From a virus, in the IMG/VR virus record IMGVR_UViG_3300020220_003261: a stretch of 64,000 nt of DNA; one strand, given 5' to 3'. The notes beneath the pieces were generated by a model. That model was not told the DNA's origin, ran no database searches, and worked only from the letters and a program-made list of their open reading frames with translations. Below are positions 58,735 to 64,000 of this stretch, piece by piece. Position numbers and translations under genes: made by a program. Within the stretch, counting starts at the first letter, position 1, and every line of letters starts with the position of its first letter.

Positions 58735-60404
58735 TGTATATTATTGGAATATCGGCATTTTATCATGATTCATCGGTCTGTTTATTCAGAAACGACCAAC
58801 TTATATTTGCATGTGAAGAAGAAAAATTCACAGGTATAAAACACGATAGTTCCTTTCCCGAAAAAACATTGAATTATATTTTTAAAAAATATAAAATTCA
58901 AAAAAATGAAATTGAAAGTGTTTGTTATTATGAAAATCCACGTATAAAATTAAATAGAGTAATTAAAAACTTAAAGAAGAATATTTTCAATAGTCCATTA
59001 TATTGTATAAAATCATATTTGACAATTAAAAAAAACATTAAATATTTGGATAAAAGGTTAAATGAAATATGTCCAAATGTTTTTTATTCAACACATCATG
59101 AAGCTCATCAGTATTATTCATTTTACTCATCTCCATTTGATAAATCTGTCTGTCTGTCTGTAGACGGGGTAGGTGAAATTGACACATTGTCTATGGGTGA
59201 AACTAAATATAATGGAATATTATATACTCCTATTGCAGAATATCCTAATTCACTAGGTTTGTTTTATTCTGCCATGACATCATTTTTAGGTTTTAGACCA
59301 AATGAAGGTGAATATAAAGTCATGGGTCTCGCATCATATGGAAACCCTGTAGATCATATTGATAAAGTAAGAAAATTAATAAGATTCAAAAATGGTAGAC
59401 TCGAATGTAACATGGATGTTTTTTGTTGGGATCGATCAGATAGAATTATGTTTAATGAGAAATTACCCTCTTTATTGGAAATTGATCAGAGATTACCAAA
59501 CGAGAAGTTGGAAAAAATTCACGAAAATTTGGCAGCTTCGGTTCAAAAAGTATATGAAGAAATTCTGTTTAATATTTTAAAAATGGTTTCATTATGTTCT
59601 GAAAGTGGAAATTTATGTTTAAGTGGTGGTTGTGCATATAATGGAACCGCAAACGGAAAAATTACAAGTTTTACCAATTTCAAACATCTTTGGATACCAC
59701 CCGCCCCATCTGACGCTGGATCCACAATTGGTTCATGCGTACACTATATGGTTAAAATTAAAAAAAATGATAATAAAATAACAAGGAATCCTTTCTTGGG
59801 TCCTGAATATAATGTTGATGACTATACAAAATATATAAAATCATCTTCCAAGACTTATAAAATATTAAACGAATCTAAAATTAGATCTATTATCTCTAAA
59901 GAATTATTAGATGGAAAAGTGGTAGGTTGGTTTCAAGGTCATATTGAATTTGGTGCCAGAGCATTAGGAAACAGATCAATATTAGCAAACCCAACTGTTG
60001 ATGGAATGAAAGATAAAATAAATAGAGTTATTAAAAAAAGAGAGGGTTTTAGACCATTCGCACCTATGGTTGTCAAAGAAAAACAACATTTATATTTTGA
60101 TGTTACGGATGATGTTCCATACATGAATCAAGTGGTCAAAGTTAAACCTGAATATGTCGATAAATTAAAAGCTGTTACACATGTCGATGGTACCGCTAGA
60201 ATTCAGACGGTATATGAACACACCAGAATTCATGAATTATTAATAGACTTTGAAAAGTTAAGTGGATTTCCTATATTATTGAATACGTCGTTTAATGTAA
60301 AAGATAAAACGATGGTATTAACACCCAAAGATGCGATAGATACATTTTATGATACTGAAATGGATATATTAGTTATGGGTAATTATATTATATACAAATC
60401 TTAA
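58734..60404 (+). CDS. Carbamoyltransferase, NodU/CmcH/TobZ family
   Basis: GISAFYHDSS, HHEAH, VDGVGE, SLGLFYS, GEYKVMGLASYG, LSGGCAYN, EFGARALGNRS, REGFRPFAP, LNTSFN. Confidence 0.95.
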   Translation: MYIIGISAFYHDSSVCLFRNDQLIFACEEEKFTGIKHDSSFPEKTLNYIFKKYKIQKNEIESVCYYENPRIKLNRVIKNLKKNIFNSPLYCIKSYLTIKKNIKYLDKRLNEICPNVFYSTHHEAHQYYSFYSSPFDKSVCLSVDGVGEIDTLSMGETKYNGILYTPIAEYPNSLGLFYSAMTSFLGFRPNEGEYKVMGLASYGNPVDHIDKVRKLIRFKNGRLECNMDVFCWDRSDRIMFNEKLPSLLEIDQRLPNEKLEKIHENLAASVQKVYEEILFNILKMVSLCSESGNLCLSGGCAYNGTANGKITSFTNFKHLWIPPAPSDAGSTIGSCVHYMVKIKKNDNKITRNPFLGPEYNVDDYTKYIKSSSKTYKILNESKIRSIISKELLDGKVVGWFQGHIEFGARALGNRSILANPTVDGMKDKINRVIKKREGFRPFAPMVVKEKQHLYFDVTDDVPYMNQVVKVKPEYVDKLKAVTHVDGTARIQTVYEHTRIHELLIDFEKLSGFPILLNTSFNVKDKTMVLTPKDAIDTFYDTEMDILVMGNYIIYKS

Positions 60405-60407
60405 AGT

Positions 60408-60524
60408 ATGAAAAAATTGATAGAATGGTTAGTAAACAAGGTAAAAGATTACAAAAAAAAGAGAAAATTCAAAAAGAAATTAGAGGAATTGAAGAAAAGA
60501 GACCCATTTATTTATAAACATTAA
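60408..60524 (+). CDS. Small basic protein (38 aa)
   Basis: Translated by hand: MKKLIEWLVNKVKDYKKKRKFKKKLEELKKRDPFIYKH*. Directly follows the carbamoyltransferase. Confidence 0.6.
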   Translation: MKKLIEWLVNKVKDYKKKRKFKKKLEELKKRDPFIYKH

Positions 60525-60561
60525 TTTTATTTTTTGAAAGGAAATCATTATATTATATATT

Positions 60562-60996
60562 ATGATATATTGGTTTACAGGACAGCCCGGATCGGGTAAA
60601 ACAACATTAGCTCTGGAATTAATGAAACATCTTCCGGCCGCAACCACTGTTCATATTGACGGTGATCACTTAAGGGATATTTTTAAAAATAAGGACTATT
60701 CTGAAGCAGGACGGAGAAAGAATATAGAAAGAGCGCAAGATATTGCTAAGTTCTTAAATACCAAAGGTTATTCGGTTATAGTGTCTTTAGTTTCCCCATA
60801 TAAGGACCAAAGAGATAAATTCAAATCAGAAAATTCTGTAGTAGAGATATATGTTCATACCAACGAAACAAGAGGTAGAGAACACTTTTCTGTAGATGAC
60901 TACAACCCACCAACTGAAAGATATCTTGATATGGATACAACAAATCAAACAATAGAAGAATCCACTAATAAATTACTTAATACTATATTTTTATGA
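60562..60996 (+). CDS. cysC: Adenylylsulfate (APS) kinase
   Basis: WFTGQPGSGKTT, DGDHLR, YSEAGRRKNI, VSLVSPY. Confidence 0.88.
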   Translation: MIYWFTGQPGSGKTTLALELMKHLPAATTVHIDGDHLRDIFKNKDYSEAGRRKNIERAQDIAKFLNTKGYSVIVSLVSPYKDQRDKFKSENSVVEIYVHTNETRGREHFSVDDYNPPTERYLDMDTTNQTIEESTNKLLNTIFL

Positions 60997-61367
60997 AAAG
61001 GTACGCAATGTACATTGGCAGGTGGCAAAATTGGCACGCCGGTCACGAATGGCTTATTCGCCAGCAATTAGATAAAGGTAAAAATGTATGGGTAGCTATC
61101 AGAGATGTACAAGTTGATGAAAATAATCCAAAATCAGCAAAAGAGGTATTTTGGTCATTAAAAAATGAACCATTTTTTGCTAATAATACGGACAAAATAA
61201 TGGTATCTGTCATTCCAGATATAGAATCCGTGAATTATGGTAGAGGTGTTGGATATGATGTTATTTATCATGAGCCGCCAAATGAAATCGCCGAAATAAG
61301 CGGAACTAAAATTAGAAAAGGAGAAATTGATGTCAATGGTAAAACGACACATAGCAAAGAGTATTAG
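60993..61367 (+). CDS. HxGH nucleotidyltransferase (cytidylyltransferase-like; candidate minimal ATP sulfurylase)
   Basis: GRWQNWHAGH and ISGTKIR (SxTxIR) motifs. Confidence 0.78.
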   Translation: MKRYAMYIGRWQNWHAGHEWLIRQQLDKGKNVWVAIRDVQVDENNPKSAKEVFWSLKNEPFFANNTDKIMVSVIPDIESVNYGRGVGYDVIYHEPPNEIAEISGTKIRKGEIDVNGKTTHSKEY

Positions 61368-61545
61368 CTATAGATTTGTAGGTACAATAACCACAATCAT
61401 ATTATCTGTATCTGCTGGCCTACCACTAAAGTGGGCGGGTATGGTTGGTTTGGGTGAGTTTATTTTGAAGCCTATCATATATTTTTTACATGAGAGAGTT
61501 TGGTACAAATGGATAAAATATGGGTTAAAAAATAAAACAATTTAG
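61327..61545 (+). CDS. Small membrane protein, DUF2061-like
   Basis: KRHIAKSISYRFVGT...YFLHERVW. Confidence 0.78.
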   Translation: MMSMVKRHIAKSISYRFVGTITTIILSVSAGLPLKWAGMVGLGEFILKPIIYFLHERVWYKWIKYGLKNKTI

Positions 61546-61644
61546 TATATTTATCTATAAAAGGAAAAATTTCTTTTTTAAAACGACTTCCCCCCTACCC
61601 CCAACCCCTTTGGTAAATTAAAATATTTTTCGTATAATTACAAT

Positions 61645-62151
61645 ATGATAAAAGTAATTGATAATATTTTAACTAAATCTGAGTTTTCTTTTCTAAAAAA
61701 AATTATTAACAACCCCAATTTCTATGCGGACAATAAACCACATACTAAGGTTGATTCAAAAAATTATTACAATCGTAAATTCATAACACCTACGGATAAT
61801 ATAGAAAAAAGGATATATGAGTGTTTAAAATTAGAATATGACTCGCTTAAATTCAAAATTTCTAATTGTTGGATAAACCATATATATGTGGATACAAACA
61901 AAAATGATAATTTTCATAAAGACAGTTCAGATGTTTCTACGGTACTTTTTTTAAATGAGGGATTTATTGGTGGTAATTTTGAATATAAAGATTTTAATGG
62001 TGATATTAATATTATAACACCGAAAGAAAATCGTTTAATCGTAATCGATAAAGAATGTTTACATAGAGTTAGCAACGTAATTGAAGGTAATAGATACACT
62101 TTTGTAGCGTTTTTACATTTTCAAGAAAAAACAAGTAAAACAATAATATGA
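61645..62151 (+). CDS. 2OG-Fe(II) oxygenase (prolyl-4-hydroxylase-like)
   Basis: FHKDS, TVLFLNEGFIGGNF, LHRVSNVIEGNRYT. Confidence 0.85.
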   Translation: MIKVIDNILTKSEFSFLKKIINNPNFYADNKPHTKVDSKNYYNRKFITPTDNIEKRIYECLKLEYDSLKFKISNCWINHIYVDTNKNDNFHKDSSDVSTVLFLNEGFIGGNFEYKDFNGDINIITPKENRLIVIDKECLHRVSNVIEGNRYTFVAFLHFQEKTSKTII

Positions 62152-62184
62152 AATTGATATATTTATAAAAAAAGGAAAAAATCT

Positions 62185-63633
62185 ATGAAATCAGTATTAA
62201 TAGCAACAGATTTAATAAAAACAACTTCAGGAGAAATTAAGGTACTCGAAACCAATACTAATGTAAAAATAGGTCAACCTTTTGGTACTAACACACATTA
62301 CATGGATGGTATCATACCATTTATACAGAATGGTGGTTTTCAAACAGTTCATTGTATTTTGCCAAGAAGTTCACATTATTTTAGTGATGAATTAAATAGG
62401 GTTTGTAATTCTTTAAACATACCACTAACCATACACTTTACTACACCTGACGCCATTACAGTTCCTTTTATTGAGGATTCAGATGATGTGTTAATCATAA
62501 GATTAACATACGATACAACAGCAATAATCGATGATGATTATTGTAGAGATAAATTCGCATTACAGAAAATAATTAATACTAAATCTTATGGTTCAAAAAC
62601 ATATATACCAAATGTTTTAGATGATTTTGATGGTATTGAAGATTTTATATTCAATGAGAACGCTCCAAATTTTATAATTAAAAAACGTTTTCCAAACTAC
62701 AATAAAGAAGTGTGGCCAAAATTGTATAAAATTGAAAATTTAAACCAATTAAACACATTAAAATCAGAAATCGAATCTGATTGTTATTTACAGGAATTCC
62801 ATAATTCCGAATTGATTGATGGAAAAAGATGTATTATCAGAACTCTCGATTTATTATATGGTTCAAATTTAGATGTTTTGAATATTTGTAGTTTTTATAG
62901 AACATCAGAATTGGCCGAGGGCTATTGGCCGAATACGTTTGATGAAAATGGATTACTAGCCTTTAAAGACAGATTTAAATATTTATCTCACGCCTCACAT
63001 GAGGATTCATATATATCAGAATATGTTTACGATGTTGACCAAGAAGTTGTAATGGGTGATGGTAGTAAAAAAATGTTCGCACTTTTAGAAGTTGGAGACC
63101 AAGTAAAAGGAATTCACATTGAGGGATTGGATTTAGATGAATCATCATACGATTTAAAAACTTGGACTGGTAATTATTCTGATTTTATTCAAAATTACAA
63201 TTTAGTAACAACCGAAGTAAAATATACACACACTTCACCCCCAACAAACAAATTATTTTTAAGAGTTACTCTTAACGATGGTAATACACAATGGGATGAT
63301 TTGGGTATTTCTCGAATATTAATAAAGGATAACGATTTGATTAGATTTACATTATTTGAAAATTTAGAAGTGGGTGATGAAATTGTCACATATAATTTTG
63401 AAACTAATTCTGTAGAAATCAAATCAATTCAAACAATAGAAGTTGTTTATAAAGAAAATCAAATTTTAGGCGTTCTTGATGCAGAACCAACTGATTTATA
63501 TCTACCATTAGTTTCTGATAAAATAACAATTATACAACATAACCTGTGTAAAGCTCTATGTAGAAGTACTCAATGTGCTAATGCGACACAATGCGGTGAC
63601 TGCACTACATTTCAATGTTTAAACCAAAAATAA
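62185..63633 (+). CDS. Circularly permuted ATP-grasp-like domain + Hint-like domain + six-Cys tail
   Basis: N-terminal TD...KVLETNTN, FIIKKRFP and YLQEF. VVMGDGSKK...LEVGDQV, LEVGDEI, LDAEPTDLY...IIQHN. Then LCKALCRSTQCANATQCGDCTTFQCLNQK. Confidence 0.72.
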   Translation: MKSVLIATDLIKTTSGEIKVLETNTNVKIGQPFGTNTHYMDGIIPFIQNGGFQTVHCILPRSSHYFSDELNRVCNSLNIPLTIHFTTPDAITVPFIEDSDDVLIIRLTYDTTAIIDDDYCRDKFALQKIINTKSYGSKTYIPNVLDDFDGIEDFIFNENAPNFIIKKRFPNYNKEVWPKLYKIENLNQLNTLKSEIESDCYLQEFHNSELIDGKRCIIRTLDLLYGSNLDVLNICSFYRTSELAEGYWPNTFDENGLLAFKDRFKYLSHASHEDSYISEYVYDVDQEVVMGDGSKKMFALLEVGDQVKGIHIEGLDLDESSYDLKTWTGNYSDFIQNYNLVTTEVKYTHTSPPTNKLFLRVTLNDGNTQWDDLGISRILIKDNDLIRFTLFENLEVGDEIVTYNFETNSVEIKSIQTIEVVYKENQILGVLDAEPTDLYLPLVSDKITIIQHNLCKALCRSTQCANATQCGDCTTFQCLNQK

Positions 63634-63656
63634 ATTACTTATAAAATAATTAGAAT

Positions 63657-63767
63657 ATGTTAATAAAAATTATATTTCAGCCAACAGAAGAGTCTACGAA
63701 ACTAAATTTGGATACCGTGATAAAGGATGTTGCCTCCACTATTAAGACAGACATTCAAAACGGTTAA
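63657..63767 (+). CDS. Small hypothetical protein (36 aa)
   Basis: Translated by hand: MLIKIIFQPTEESTKLNLDTVIKDVASTIKTDIQNG*. Confidence 0.4.
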   Translation: MLIKIIFQPTEESTKLNLDTVIKDVASTIKTDIQNG

Positions 63768-63773
63768 AATACT

Positions 63774-64000
63774 ATGGGATTAGATATTAAAGAAATAACT
63801 AAAGCTTGGTTTGATTCTTATTTTGCAAAAGAAGAACAAAAAGCTTTAGCAAAAAAAAGATTTGAAATATGTAAAAATTGTCCATCTTTAAAGAATAAGT
63901 TTCAAATACTTTGGCCAAAAATGGAAATAACAGTTTGTGGTGAATGTGGATGTCCAATAAAAAAAAAGATTTTTTCATCTAACTTTAATGCGTGTCCATT
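63774..64000 (+). CDS. Cys-rich CxxC...CxxCGC protein, truncated at the right edge
   Basis: Translated by hand: MGLDIKEITKAW...RFEICKNCPS...VCGECGCPIKKKIFS...ACP. Same pattern as 25603-25815. Confidence 0.75.
   Translation, partial: MGLDIKEITKAWFDSYFAKEEQKALAKKRFEICKNCPSLKNKFQILWPKMEITVCGECGCPIKKKIFSSNFNACP

Noticed and set aside
26139-63422. Numerous 60-100-aa opposite-strand or off-frame ORFs within the LamG cassette and glycan island
   Set aside because: Each lies inside a longer gene with recognisable family motifs, and none shows independent evidence.
63022-63543. Canonical splicing intein
   Set aside because: No N-terminal Cys/Ser, no recognisable TxxH block B, and Leu follows HN. 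Splicing is unlikely, so only C-terminal cleavage is proposed.
1-64000. Stop-codon reassignment as in some large phages
   Set aside because: Code 11 gives dense, full-length genes, and TAA, TAG and TGA all end genes at overlap-coupled junctions.
1-64000. Bacterial chromosome O-antigen or capsule locus
   Set aside because: No flippase, polymerase, ABC exporter or priming transferase is present. Housekeeping-like genes (rpoD, nusG, trx) are isolated from their normal operons, and phage fibre and chaperone genes are adjacent. A prophage cannot be fully excluded from this window alone.
1-64000. tRNA, rRNA, transposase or integrase genes
   Set aside because: Intergenic gaps are short and AT-rich with no cloverleaf-like GC stems, and no DDE or tyrosine-recombinase motifs were recognised.

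Overview
AT-rich, densely coding window that reads as part of a jumbo (huge) tailed-phage genome in the standard genetic code. A Bacteroidota host is inferred from a short Bacteroidota-type RpoD, TAnnTTTG-like promoter motifs, an Hc1-like protein and A-rich leaders without Shine-Dalgarno sequences. Layout: (1) 1-13.8 kb: membrane/lysis-like genes, sigma factor, degenerate amidase, acidic putative head proteins, Dam-type methylase, NusG, AAA ATPase and a thioredoxin/glutaredoxin trio. (2) 13.9-28.7 kb: tail-fibre/adhesin module, with three fibres carrying about 435 Gly-(Ser/Thr)-Ser triplets, an S74-type chaperone domain and LamG lectin proteins. (3) 28.8-61.5 kb: a ~33 kb glycan synthesis and decoration island (GT2, two GT7 enzymes with inserted LamG domains, two twitch-type radical SAMs, six paralogues of an orphan GT-like family, five SGNH proteins, three SDR epimerases, RmlC, a split minimal ThDP enzyme, UDP-sugar dehydrogenase, methyltransferases, 2OG oxygenases, a NodU-type carbamoyltransferase, APS kinase module), including an 11.4 kb block on the minus strand. 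(4) 61.6-64 kb: a 2OG oxygenase and a circularly permuted ATP-grasp fused to a Hint-like domain ending in HN plus a 29-aa six-Cys tail. The two leading candidate systems are a phage-encoded fibre glycosylation system and a self-releasing Cys-rich peptide module. All family calls come from motif recognition by eye; no searches were run. No tRNA, rRNA, CRISPR array or transposase was seen.
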